From NCBI RefSeq assembly GCF_006345805.1, contig NC_043010.1:26412001-26476000 (forward strand): a stretch of DNA of 64,000 bases, written 5' to 3'. A program made the position numbers and the translations under genes. Shown here in pieces: positions 24,390 through 36,990 of the stretch (position 1 is its first letter; the number at the start of each line of letters is the position of its first letter). Under the pieces are notes generated by a model. That model did not search any database, was not told the origin of the DNA, and saw only the letters and a list, made by a program, of their open reading frames with translations. This DNA is from Octopus sinensis. Taxonomy: Eukaryota.

Positions 24390-25427
24390 AGTAAATCATA
24401 GTTGTGGCTGGAACCAGTGCCACCTGACTGCCTCCCCATGCCGGTGGTACGTAAAAAGCATCGTCTGAACATGGTCGATGCTAGCACCCCTCGACTGAAC
24501 CCCATTCCAGTGGCATGTAAAAGGCACCTGTTACACTCTAGGAGTGATTGGCATCAGGAAGGGCATCCAGCTGTAGAAACCTTGCCAAATCAGACTGGTG
24601 CCTGGTGTAGCCCCCTGTATGTTTTTGTTGACTACACAGTGTAGTAGGGTCAGTTGAGCACCATGTTTAAGAAAAACAGCACCATGATGCAATTCACTCT
24701 ACCAGAAATTTGAAAAACAACATGCTGTTCTGCTTAGCATTTGCACAAACATTTCAGAGTGTTTGGGTGTCAATCTGAGAACATGTACCAAGATTGGTAC
24801 ATGACGGTGCTTGGAGTGATCACTAGTGATGGTGATGTTTCCATTCATCTTCCCACATGGCCTCAGAATCAACACAGAGGCCTACATCAAGTGCCTGGAG
24901 GAGATAGTCCTGCCCAGGGTCAAGAGGGGGACTGCTGGAAGACCCTATGTCTGGCAACAGGACTCTGCACAATGCTACACAAGTAAGAGAACCCAGTCAT
25001 GGTTGTCAGACAATTTCTGCAACCATATCACCCCTAACATCTGGCCAACTAACTTCCCAGACTCCAACCCCCTTGATTATTATGTGTGGGGCACAGTTGA
25101 GTGAGAGACCAAAAAAAAAACTCCTTGTTATATCAAAGATGAACTGAAGGCAAGGATTATGGCAGCATTCACCAACTTAAACAAGGAGCCTGTCCAGAAG
25201 AGTTGCAGAAGATTCCAAAGTCGTCTGGAAGCTGTGGTTGAAACCAATGGTGATTTTATTGAATAAATTTGCTCTTTAGTATTTCAAGATATTTTTATGT
25301 AATTTTGGTAAATATATCTGTTAAAATGAGATGTCAGTGTTATTTCATTTTTTCATAATTTAGACAATATATTCACCACACCTTATATATGTGTGTGTGT
25401 ATATGCATACATATATACGTACATGTG

Positions 25428-25487
<60 letters not shown>

Positions 25488-26579
25488 TAATATATATATA
25501 TATTATATATATATATATATGTAAGTAAATCATAGTTGTGGCTGGAACCAGTGCCACCTGACTGCCTCCCCATGCCGGTGGTACGTAAAAAGCATCGTCT
25601 GAACATGGTCGATGCTAGCACCCCTCGACTGAACCCCATTCCAGTGGCATGTAAAAGGCACCTGTTACACTCTAGGAGTGATTGGCATCAGGAAGGGCAT
25701 CCAGCTGTAGAAACCTTGCCAAATCAGACTGGTGCCTGGTGTAGCCCCCTGTATGTTTTTGTTGACTACACAGTGTAGTAGGGTCAGTTGAGCACCATGT
25801 TTAAGAAAAACAGCACCATGATGCAATTCACTCTACCAGAAATTTGAAAAACAACATGCTGTTCTGCTTAGCATTTGCACAAACATTTCAGAGTGTTTGG
25901 GTGTCAATCTGAGAACATGTACCAAGATTGGTACATGACGGTGCTTGGAGTGATCACTAGTGATGGTGATGTTTCCATTCATCTTCCCACATGGCCTCAG
26001 AATCAACACAGAGGCCTACATCAAGTGCCTGGAGGAGATAGTCCTGCCCAGGGTCAAGAGGGGGACTGCTGGAAGACCCTATGTCTGGCAACAGGACTCT
26101 GCACAATGCTACACAAGTAAGAGAACCCAGTCATGGTTGTCAGACAATTTCTGCAACCATATCACCCCTAACATCTGGCCAACTAACTTCCCAGACTCCA
26201 ACCCCCTTGATTATTATGTGTGGGGCACAGTTGAGTGAGAGACCAAAAAAAAAACTCCTTGTTATATCAAAGATGAACTGAAGGCAAGGATTATGGCAGC
26301 ATTCACCAACTTAAACAAGGAGCCTGTCCAGAAGAGTTGCAGAAGATTCCAAAGTCGTCTGGAAGCTGTGGTTGAAACCAATGGTGATTTTATTGAATAA
26401 ATTTGCTCTTTAGTATTTCAAGATATTTTTATGTAATTTTGGTAAATATATCTGTTAAAATGAGATGTCAGTGTTATTTCATTTTTTCATAATTTAGACA
26501 ATATATTCACCACACCTTATATATGTGTGTGTGTATATGCATACATATATACGTACATGTGTGTGTATATATATATATA
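24387..26579 (+). repeat. Direct tandem duplication, 1134-bp period (RTE-tail SINE + maT fragment), bounded by (TA)n
   Basis: Identical ORF pairs 24402/25536, 24741/25875, 24826/25960, 24947/26081. Confidence 0.95.
24618..25383 (+). mobile_element. maT (DD37D) Tc1/mariner element, internally deleted; duplicate at ~25752-26517
   Basis: GVITSDGD..PFIFPHGLRINTEAYIKCLEE..WQQDSA..NPLDYYVWG. Confidence 0.9.
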
Positions 26580-26759
26580 TATATGTATATACATACATGC
26601 ATATAAATATATGTGTGTGTATATGTATATGAATATATTCATTCATATATATATATATATAACGGGAAGCTTTATGAAAATAAACAAAAGACGAAGGCAG
26701 GTGGAATACAAAAAACAATTGTATTAGTATGGCGCTCAGGAATATAAATAAAACAAGTA

Positions 26760-26793
26760 TTTTATGTTTCGAGCCTACGCTCTTCAACAGAAA
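26760..26793 (-). ncRNA. Hammerhead-like motif with CUGUUGA core (A6U) in pLTR-like repeat
   Basis: UUU-CUGUUGA-A-GAGC(GUAG)GCUC-GAAA-CA-UA/AAA. Confidence 0.5.
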
Positions 26794-26824
26794 GAAAACA
26801 GAAAAGAAACACAGAAAGAAACAA

Positions 26825-26872
<48 letters not shown>

Positions 26873-27038
26873 GTTGTATACTGTCAATCTAACAAGAACG
26901 TGACAGTAGGGGGTACACCACCGCTGTATAGCCCTAGGAAGCATCGAACGCCTCCTGATAGCTTTGACACATTTTTTCCCTGTGTCCTTATATAGATATA
27001 CGAAGGGGAGACAAACACCCCCGGCTGCCGGAACTGCA

Positions 27039-27084
27039 TCTAGGGACACCGTGTTTCAGGATCGTTGTCCTTCATCGGCCTAGA
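27039..27084 (-). ncRNA. Hammerhead motif, U4C variant (mirror copy)
   Basis: Exact reverse complement of 27146-27191. Confidence 0.7.
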
Positions 27085-27145
27085 GTAGCAGACACCGGTC
27101 AGCCGGTGTCAAGGCAGATATCACCGGCTGACCGGTGTCTGCTAC

Positions 27146-27191
27146 TCTAGGCCGATGAAGGACAACGATCCTGAAACACGGTGTCCCTAGA
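27146..27191 (+). ncRNA. Minimal type-I hammerhead motif, U4C variant
   Basis: UCUAGG-CCGAUGA-AGGA(CAACGA)UCCU-GAAA-CACGGUG-UC/CCUAGA; 6-bp stem I, GUC triplet. Confidence 0.7.
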
Positions 27192-27781
27192 TGCAGTTCC
27201 GGCAGCCGGGGGTGTTTGTCTCCCCTTCGTATATCTATATAAGGACACAGGGAAAAAATGTGTCAAAGCTATCAGGAGGCGTTCGATGCTTCCTAGGGCT
27301 ATACAGCGGTGGTGTACCCCCTACTGTCACGTTCTTGTTAGATTGACAGTATACAACCATTCTATTGCCCCACCACCGTACATGTCTCTACGAGAGATTT
27401 AGAAATTCAATATTTCTTATATATATATATGTATATATATATGTACACACACATGCACATGTTTCTGCTGCACCAACTCATGCACCTCCCTGTTCTTGAG
27501 GTCTATGCTGCTATCATCCCCATCATCATCATAATTATCATCATCATTATTTTCTTAAACTTTTAGTTCACTATGGCATAAGTAAAGCTGCATTTTTTTG
27601 TGTGTGCTGTATTTTTTTTTGATAATTTTTTTTTTTAAGTCAAAACAATTTTTTCTTTTTATATTATCGTAGCGATTTTGAATAATGATTAATTTCACGG
27701 GTTGAGTATCCTTCCAGATTAGCCTGAGTCATTCTATGAAGCATAAAGTAAAGATGGAATTGAATAAAATAAAGCATGGAA

Positions 27782-28450
27782 GAGGTGGTGGTGGTGGTGG
27801 CAGTGGTGGTTGTGGTGGTGGTTGTGGTGGTGGTGATGGTGGCGGTGGCAGTGGTGGTGGTGGTTGCGGTGGTGGTGGTGGTGGTGGTGGTGGTGGTGGC
27901 AGTGGTGGTTGTGGTGGCGGTGGTAGCGGTGGTGATAGGAATAAATAAACAAACAAACAAACTTCCGAAAGGGAAAATGAATTGGATATTATTTCTCGGT
28001 ATTGATTAGATGGTAGTGGAGGTGTTTGTGGTGATAGCAGCAATGGGGTGGTGATGGCAATGGTGTTGATGGTGGTAGTAGTGGTGGTGGTGGTGGTGGT
28101 GGTGGTGGTGGTGGTTGCGGTGGTGGTGGTGGTGTGGTGGTGGTGGTGTGGTGGTGGTGGTGGTGGTGTGGTGGTGGTGGTGGTGGTGGTGGTGGTGGTG
28201 GTGGTTGCGGTGGTGGTGGTGGTGGTGGTGGTGGTGTGATTCTGGTGGTAGTTGTGGTAGTGATTGTGGTGGTGATGGTGATTGTGATAGTGGTAGTGGT
28301 GGAGGTGGTAGAAGTGGTGGCTGCAGTGGTGATGGTGGTGATGGTGATGGTGTGATTCTGGTGGTAGTTGTGGTAGCAATAGCAGTGGTAGTGATGGTGG
28401 TGATGGTGGTAGTGGTGGAGGTCGTAGAAGCAGTGGCAGGGATGGTAGTG
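27782..28450. repeat. (GGT)n-rich low-complexity tracts
   Basis: Direct reading. Confidence 0.95.
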
Positions 28451-28804
28451 GCTGACATGGAAAGGGAAAGATCAGACCCATGTTTAAATCTTCTAAGGAA
28501 GCATTAACTTTACTCCAAACACAGTTCATCTATTTATTTATTCATTTATCATTAAAATATCATAATTCAAATGAACAATATCGTCCCCACCATTTCCTGC
28601 ACAAACTCTCCTGAACATGAGGTGACAGACAAGGTTTAATGCTCAATTATGAAATCCTAAAGCATTCCAAACTGGCCATATCCAACCCAAATATTCTCCC
28701 TGCTCTCTATGCAAATTGGCCACAGCCAGCCTCTCACATCAATTCTACAATGTCTACATAAAATAACAATCACACTATCAAAATCTCTAAGTTACAAGAT
28801 AATC

Positions 28805-29760
28805 TTTTCTACCCTAGGCACAAGACCCGAAATTTTGGTGGGAGGGGGGGAGGGCAGTCGATTAGATTGATCCCAGTTTGCTACTGGTACTTAATTTATC
28901 AACCCTGAAAGGATGAAAGGCAAAATCGACTTCAGTGGAATTTGAACTCAGAATGTACAGATGAAATATGTTTCTGCCAGCTGGCCACCACCATTCAAAG
29001 TTACAACATAATACATGATTAATTCAAGACAATATGAATAAATAAGAGTTACCATATATTAAAGTGTATAAGATACTCATGTTTGTCAAAAATTAGGTTA
29101 AAAATATGGGAGTTTCTTATACACAGATAGTATTATAATCCCTTACAAAACCTTTTTTCTAAGTTTTAAGCCCCCAAAATTAGGGGCTCCTAATACACGA
29201 GGGCTCCTTATACACATTATAATATGGTACATTTGACAGAGTAATCTCAATGCTAAAGATTTAATATGTTGTCATACTCGTTCTTTTGATGTCATAATAT
29301 TTTTTTTTTTTTTCCATCAAGGTGGCAACCCTAACCCTTAGCAGTATTTCATCTGTTGTTACATTCTGAGATCAAATTCCGCCGAGGTCGACTTTGCTTT
29401 TCATTCTTTCAGGGTCGATTAAATAGATACCAGTTACAGACTGGGGTCAATGTAATCGACTTAATCCCTTTGTCTGTCTTTGTTTGTCCCCTCTATGTTT
29501 AGCCTCCTGTGGGCAATAAAGAAATAAATATGATTTTTGCATCAGGGCAGCGAGCTGACACAATTGTTAGCACCCTGGGCAAAATGCTTAGCAGTATTTC
29601 GTCTGTCTTTACATTCTGAGTTCAAATTTTGCCGAGGTCAACTTTGCCTTTCATCCTTTCAGTATGCAACTAAGTACCAGTTGCATACTAGGGTCGATCT
29701 ATTCGACTGCCCCCACCCCTCCAAAAATTTTTGGCCTTGTGCCTAGAGTAGAAAAGAATA
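28805..29760. mobile_element. Cluster of S1 SINEs (28805-28995 -, 29320-29530 +, 29545-29760 +) and a small TIR element (~29018-29228)
   Basis: Repeated gcctttcatcc/gcttttcattc cores; taccatatatta..gtgtataag vs cttatacac..taatatggta termini. Confidence 0.7.
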
Positions 29761-29869
29761 TTTTTTTTGCATTAGTAATGGCTATGCGGTTAAGAAGCTT
29801 ACTTTCAAATCTTATGGTTTCAGGTTCAAATAAGGGTCATTTTTTATCTTTTATCTTTTACTTCTTTCA

Positions 29870-30240
29870 AGTTGTTTGACTGTGGCCATACTGGAGCAAC
29901 ACCTTGAAGAATTTTAGTCAAACGAATTGACCCCAAGATTTATTTTTTTATAAGCCAGGTAGTTATTCTATTGATTACTTTTGCCAAACTGCTAAGTTGC
30001 AGGGACATAAGCACACCAAATCCAGTTGCCAAGCTGTGACAGTGAGTGTCACACACAGACACAAGGACATGGACACACACACACACACACACATGTGTGT
30101 ATATATATGATAGACTTCTTTCAGTTCCTGTCTACTCACAGTCCACTCACGAGGGCTTGGTCGGTTTGAGACTGTAGTAGAAAACACTTGGTCAAGGTGC
30201 TACAGAATAGGACTGAACCTGGAACCATGTGGTCGGAAAG
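29870..30240 (-). mobile_element. SINE family S2
   Basis: Reverse of ccacatggttccaggttcagtcc..ttgaccaagtgttttc. Confidence 0.75.
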
Positions 30241-30297
30241 CAATCTCTTGGTTGGAAAAACCCCTTTTGGTTAGGTGCGTGTTTGTGTGTGTGTGTT

Positions 30298-30334
<37 letters not shown>

Positions 30335-31218
30335 ACACGCATGCGTGTTTGTGTCTCAACTTGACATTGTGTGATGGTTGTCAAAGAGTGTTCTTCTTCC
30401 ACAGAAATTTCTTTGGACTTCATGAAGGAATATCAACTTGCTTGGGAAAAGGTGAAGGTTGGTGACAGAAAAGGCATCTAGCCATAGAAAATCTGCCTCA
30501 ACAATTTCCTCTTGACCCATGCAGGCATGGAAAAATGGATGTTAAAGTGACAATGATGATGGTGGTGATGATGATGATGGTATTATGATTGCTTAATATA
30601 GATAAGCCTTGTCACAGTTTTGATAAACCAAAGTTATTAATTCATTATTAAAAAAAAAAGAATGCAAAATTTAAAAAAACACAAAATATTAAAAGTAAAT
30701 GAAAAATTAAAAAGTTAATCCCCACATATAAATGTTAATCCTCTTTTATTAAAAAAGAAAGCAAAAAAAAAAAAATATTAATCCCTTCAAAATCTAGGGA
30801 TTCACTGGCTTGAAATCTTTTAATGCTTAACTGAACTCTGGCATTTATAGTGTTAAGCAGATGAGGAGATAAAGGATAAGGCCTCTTGCTGCCTCCTGCC
30901 ATAAACCATGTGATACAGTGATGGCACATTGGAGTGTGTGATCGTGTATTGATAACTAATAAATTGATCATTGATACCGTACTGTTATAACTCACCCAGA
31001 AGAGGATTTGAATCCACCGTAGCAAGTTAATGAAACACTTTTAGAAATTGTATGATAATAATGATAATCTTTTCTGATGTAGGTACAAGGCCCGAAATTT
31101 TGAAGGGAGGGGACTAGCCGATTACATCAACCCCAATCTTTCACTGCTACCTAATTTATTGACCCTGAAAGGATGAAAGGGCAAAAGGCAAACTCAACCT
31201 CGGCAGAATTTCAACTCA

Positions 31219-31254
<36 letters not shown>

Positions 31255-31486
31255 TAATAATAATAGCAATAATAATGATTTCAAATTTTGGCACAAGGCC
31301 AGCAAGTTTGGAGTAGGGGCTAGGTAAGTTCAATGCCAGTTCTTGACTAGTACGTTATTTTATTGGTCCCCAAGAAGATGAAAGGTAAAGTCAACCTCAG
31401 TGGAATTTGAACTCAGAACATGAAGAGGGATGAAATGCCACTAAGAATTTTGCCCGGCATGCAAATGATTCTGCCAGCTTGCCACC

Positions 31487-31518
<32 letters not shown>

Positions 31519-31521
31519 GAA

Positions 31522-31745
31522 GATGCAGTACCAGGCAGTGGCTCTCAATGCCCTGATGCAGTACCAGGCAGTGGCTCTCAATGCCCTGATGCAGTACCAG
31601 GCAGTGGCTCTCAATGCCCTGATGCAGTACCAGGCAGTGGCTCTCAATGCCCTGATGCAGTACCAGGCAGTGGCTCTCAATGCCCTGATGCAGTACCAGG
31701 CAGTGGCTCTCATGCCCTGATGCAGTACCAGGCAGTGGCTCTCAT
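31522..31745 (+). repeat. 33-bp minisatellite, about 7 copies
   Basis: gatgcagtaccaggcagtggctctcaatgccct at 31522, 31555, 31588, 31621, 31654, 31687 (32 bp), 31719 (partial). Confidence 0.97.
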
Positions 31746-32810
31746 GGCTCCTAATCTTAACTGATTGGAAGTGTTATCATGTACATTGTTTTGTCTTGGT
31801 ATAAAAGATGGGCTACAGCAAATATTCTGCTCAATACCACAGATTTGCTTGTCAGTTGTTTGACCGTAACCAACTGATCATGTCCCTTAGTGGCTGACGA
31901 TATGTGCATCTCTGATCACGAGCAGAAGTAGTGGGGGAGCATCATAGCCATGTGTTGAGAGGGATTCTTTGGGGTTTGAATTGTTCACCTCTGGAAACAT
32001 GGGTGGTTCTTTCAACATCCTTAAACAACCCTTATTCAGGGACCGTTTGAGCAGGATGGGCTACTCAACCTGAAGAAGATTCTAACTGGGCCCCACCTGC
32101 AAGGTTATGTGCTGTTTATCTTGATATGAGATCACCATGTTGCGCACATATGGTTGTGATGCATGTGCCTGGTGTACCTTTATCAGACAGGTAGTCATGA
32201 TGGGTATATTGGGCTTCGTATATTTTACCCCAGTGTCACTTTGATGGCATGAACTGCTCTCTCACTCAATGATAATAATAATAATAATAATAATAAGATG
32301 GGCTACAGCAAATAAATGATGGACTACAACAAATAAAAGATGGGCTACAGCAAATATTCTGCTCAATACCACAGATTTGCTTGTCATTTGTTTGACTTTA
32401 ACTAGTTGAGCATGTTCCTTAGTGGCTGACGATATGTGCATCTCTGATCACGAGCAGAAGTAGTGGGGGAGCATCATTAGCCATGTGTTGAGAATGATTC
32501 TTTGGGGTTTGAATAATTCACCTCTGGAAACATGGGTGTTTCGTTCAACATCCTTAAACAACCCTTATTCAGGGACCTTTCGAGTGGGATGGGTTACTCG
32601 ACCTGAAGAAAATTCTAACTGGGCCCCACCTGCAAGGTCATGTGCTGTTTATTTTGATATGAGATCACCATGTCACGCACATATGGTTGTGATGCATGTG
32701 CTTAGTGTACCCTTATCAGACGGGTAGTCATGATGGGTATACTGGGCTTCGTATATTTTACCCCAGTGTCACTTTGATGGCATGCACTGCTCTCTCACTC
32801 AATGATAATA
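31719..32810 (+). mobile_element. Two tandem copies of a ~470-550-bp non-coding interspersed repeat ending in (AAT)n
   Basis: gggctacagcaaatattctgctcaataccacag...cactgctctctcactcaatgataataat at ~31809-32280 and ~32342-32810. Confidence 0.8.
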
Positions 32811-32825
32811 ATAATAATAATAATA

Positions 32826-32863
<38 letters not shown>

Positions 32864-33109
32864 CCTTTCTAAAATAGTACAAAGCCTGAAATTTGGTGGG
32901 AGGGAGCTAGTTGATTACATTGGCCCCAGTATGTAACTGGTACTTATTTTATTGACCCTGAAAGGGTTGAAAGGCAAAGCCAACCATGGCAGAATTTGAA
33001 TTCAGATGGGCAAAATGCCACAATGCATTTTGCTTGGTGTGCTAGCGATTCTGTCAGCTTGGAAACTTTCTACTTAAACTGATAGAAAATAGATGCAAAT
33101 AGGTTAGAC

Positions 33110-33305
33110 ATTATATTGAAAGATTTCGACGTAACTGTCATAATCGTCAAGGCCTACCAAAAACTGAGCAATTATAAAGATCTTGAAATTGAAACCGGCA
33201 AAATGGGGAAAATCAGGGATAGAACAATACCTGTTGTCATAGTTGCCCTTGGAATAATAGCAAAAGGGATTGATTGTTACCTGTCTCAGATTCTAGGTAA
33301 GTGCT
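33110..33305 (+). pseudogene. R4/Dong-like REL endonuclease fragment
   Basis: KLSNYKDLEIE..KM..RTIPVVIVALGIIAKG. Confidence 0.65.
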
Positions 33306-33479
33306 CATATCCTACAGAAAATATTGTCTATGCAATTCCAAAAAATATTTTAATTTGTAAACATAGCAAAAGTACTTTTAAATGTACAAAATAGCAGACA
33401 CCTTTTACTGCCATCTTCAGATCACATTATTATCTTATCACCAAATTACTTTTAAAACAAACTTTTACATAGCCTGGAA

Positions 33480-33720
33480 TCAGATTGGAAGCAAGATCCT
33501 TTGTTCAAAATGACCTGAGGCCACTAGACATAGATGTGGTGGCCATCAGGAGGATCAGAATTTCTGGCATGCATACTCTTGCACCCATCTTCAGTTATGC
33601 ACTTATATTGTTTGTCCTTGATTTGGCAGTAAGAGGCTATTGATGGTTTAGAAAAGCTTGGATCTTGAGATGTGGATGATCTTCCTTGTGCCTGAACAAT
33701 AAGTTAGTGGTACTGAATGC
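33480..33720 (+). pseudogene. Degenerate L1/Tx1-like APE endonuclease fragment
   Basis: Frameshifted QNDLRPLDIDVVAI..RIS....LAPIF / RKSLDLE..IFLVPE..KLVVLN. Confidence 0.5.
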
Positions 33721-33819
33721 AGAGAGAAAGAGAGAGGGAAGGAGAGCTAGAGAGAGAGAGGAGGAGAGGAAAGGCAGACAGACAGAGGGAAAGAGAAAGA
33801 GAGAGAGGAGAGAGAGAGA

Positions 33820-34537
33820 GAGAGCAAAGGCAGAGAGCGAGAGACAGACAGACAGAGTGAGAGAAAAAGTGAGAGGGAGAGGAAGAGAGAGAGTAAGTGA
33901 AAAAGAGAGAGATAGACAGACAGAAGAACAAAGAAAAAACTAGAGACAGACATAGGCAGTGCCAGAGACACAGAGAGAGGGAAAAAGAGAAAGAGACAGA
34001 CATACAGAGAAGATATTGATATTGTGGTATGATTTGTTGTTGTTGTTGCTGCTGTCATTTAACCCACCCCCCCGGTCAGGTTTGATCAAGCAGAACTATA
34101 ATGAAAGACAGTCTAGCTTCAACCATTCTCTCTTTCTCTCTCTTTAAGATGGTTGGATGTGAATCTGGAAATGGGTGCAAGGGAAGTGAGGAGATTTAGC
34201 TGTTATTTCTAGATTGTTGAACCACTATGTATTGTCTTCCATTGTTGGTTTGTTATCTAGTTTGTTCAGTTCGATAGTAATTCTAGCTGTGTTACAGAAA
34301 TACATTCGGTACCATTTCGTAGCTTGATCTGCTAAGATGTAATACTTTTCACATCTTGATCTACTTTTTGAAATGATATGAGAGGGAGAGGGGGAGGGGG
34401 AGAGACTGGCAGATAGACAAACAAATGGAATGAGAGAGAGAGGCAGACAGACAAACAGACAGTGAGAAAGAGAGAGAGAGAGAGACAGGCAAACAGACAG
34501 ACAGAGTGAGAGAGACAGGCGAACAGATAAATAGAAT

Positions 34538-34573
<36 letters not shown>

Positions 34574-35150
34574 CAAAGGCAGAGAGCGAGAGACAGACAG
34601 ACAGAGTGAGAGAAAAAGTGAGAGGGAGAGGAAGAGAGAGAGTAAGTGAAAAAGAGAGAGATAGACAGACAGAAGAACAAAGAAAAAACTAGAGACAGAC
34701 ATAGGCAGTGCCAGAGACACAGAGAGAGGGAAAAAGAGAAAGAGACAGACATACAGAGAAGATATTGATATTGTGGTATGATTTGTTGTTGTTGTTGCTG
34801 CTGTCATTTAACCCACCCCCCCGGTCAGGTTTGATCAAGCAGAACTATAATGAAAGACAGTCTAGCTTCAACCATTCTCTCTTTCTCTCTCTTTAAGATG
34901 GTTGGATGTGAATCTGGAAATGGGTGCAAGGGAAGTGAGGAGATTTAGCTGTTATTTCTAGATTGTTGAACCACTATGTATTGTCTTCCATTGTTGGTTT
35001 GTTATCTAGTTTGTTCAGTTCGATAGTAATTCTAGCTGTGTTACAGAAATACATTCGGTACCATTTCGTAGCTTGATCTGCTAAGATGTAATACTTTTCA
35101 CATCTTGATCTACTTTTTGAAATGATATGAGAGGGAGAGGGGGAGGGGGA
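33820..35150 (+). repeat. Direct tandem duplication, 749-bp period, bounded by (GA/GACA)n
   Basis: Identical ORFs 33959-34147 and 34708-34896. Confidence 0.93.
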
Positions 35151-35799
35151 GAGACTGGCAGATAGACAAACAAATGGAATGAGAGAGAGAGGCAGACAGA
35201 CAAACAGACAGTGAGAAAGAGAGAGAGAGAGAGACAGGCAGACAGACAGACAGAGTGAGAGAGACAGGCGAACAGATAAATAGAATGAGAGAGAGAGAGA
35301 GAGAGTGGGGAGGAGGGGAGAGAGACTGGCAAACAGACAAATAGAATGAGAGAGAGGCAGACGGACAGGCAGTGAGAAAGAGAGACTGAGGCAGTGACAG
35401 GCAGAGAGTGAGAGAGACAGGCAGACAGTGGGAAAGAGAGACAGAGATAGACAGAGACAGAGAGAAGCAGAGAGAGATCTTGGCAGTTAACAGAGAGGAG
35501 GTCAAGCTCCTCTTGTCTAGAAACTAGGAAGCTTCTGTTATTTGTAAACAATGACAACACCACCACCAACAACAACATACACAACAAAAACATCAACAGC
35601 AGTGTCTGGTCCACCCAAATGGAAGCTGGCAAAAATAATGAGGCGTTCAATGCAAACATGTTTTCGTGCTCCTCAGTCAGTGTATATGGGTAGGTGCTTG
35701 GGTGTCTGTGTGCATGTGGTGTAAGTGTGTGTGTGTGTGTGTGGGCAGGAGCATATGTTTTTATGCATGTCTGTATTACGAGTTACTTAATGTAGAAAA

Positions 35800-36110
35800 A
35801 TGAATGTAAATATGTATGTACATACATACACACATACATATATACATACACACATACATACATATATACATACATACATATATACATACATACATGCATA
35901 CATACATTCATACATGCATATATACATACATATATACATACATGTATATGTACATACATATATACGTGCATACATACATATATTCATTCATACATGCATG
36001 TATACATACATACATGCATATATACATACATATATATATACATTCATTCATACATGCACACATGCATGCATACATACATACATACATGCATATATACATA
36101 CACGTATACA
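35800..36110. repeat. (TACA)n microsatellite
   Basis: Direct reading; followed by an S2 SINE at ~36120-36260. Confidence 0.9.
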
Positions 36111-36505
36111 AGTGTGCAAGTGTAGCGAGGTGAGAAGTTTGCTTCCCAACCTCAAGGTTTTGGGTTCAGTCCCACTGAGTGGCACCTAGGGCAAGTGACT
36201 TCTATTATAGCCTTGGTATGGATTTGGTAGATAGAAACTGAAAGGAACTCATTACATGTGTCTGCTGAAATCAATTGATAGGTCAACATATAACATTCCA
36301 AGGTACATCTTTTTTTTCTGTGATGAAATTATGCTCATATCACATAAATGCAAATTTAGTGTACAAATTTGTAATTAAATTATTCAGTATTAATTGAGAC
36401 AGCTGCAAGAAGCAAAGACGACCAATTTGTTAATAATAAATAATTATTAACTTCCTTGTCTCCATTTTGTTTTCTTCTTTTAACTGGATATAAATTATAT
36501 ACATA

Positions 36506-36990
36506 CAGGGTGACCCCCCCACAAAAAAAAAAACAGAACCCATAAAAGTTTAATTAAATCCTACAAAAGTCCGGCAAATTTCAAGACATTTGCTGGACTT
36601 AAACTTCGGTATAAAAGTCATGTTCTTTTCAAAATATGCTCCAAATGGCATATGCCATGAAAAATTGCCAATTATTTGAACACATTCGTCTTTGAGGATT
36701 TCCCAGATTTCTGCTGTGATTGCTGCCTTCAGTTCACCAATCATTTTAGGGTTGTTCTGGTAAACATTGTCCTTGAGATACCTCCACAGATAAAAATCTG
36801 GTGGGTTCAAGTCTGGTGAATGCGGTGCCCACTCAACGTCACATTTCCTGCTGATCAGTCTCTCCTGAAATCGCTCTCTCAATCAGGCCCAGGAGTTATT
36901 TGATGCATGGCGGTAGTGGCCCTGTCTTGCTGTCTCTCTACATCGTTTTATTCAAAGATTTGTATGTTCTGTTTTTGGGGGGTCACCCTG
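36506..36990 (-). mobile_element. Internally deleted Tc1/mariner-type element with both TIRs
   Basis: TIRs cagggtgacccccc..aaaaacagaac at both ends; WAPHSPDLNPPDFYLWRYLKDNVY transposase C-terminus. Confidence 0.88.

Larger units (their letters stand above)
26865..27365. repeat. Perfect 244-bp inverted repeat with 13-nt spacer
   Basis: 26865-27108 vs 27122-27365; no mismatch seen by eye; spacer tcaaggcagatat. Confidence 0.97.

Noticed and set aside
31522-31745. CRISPR-like look of the 33-bp repeats (also the 39332-41640 array)
   Set aside because: No unique spacers, no cas genes, and a eukaryotic context.
31891-31950. CTGACGA motif in the ~500-bp repeat
   Set aside because: No GAAA at the right distance and no consistent stems.
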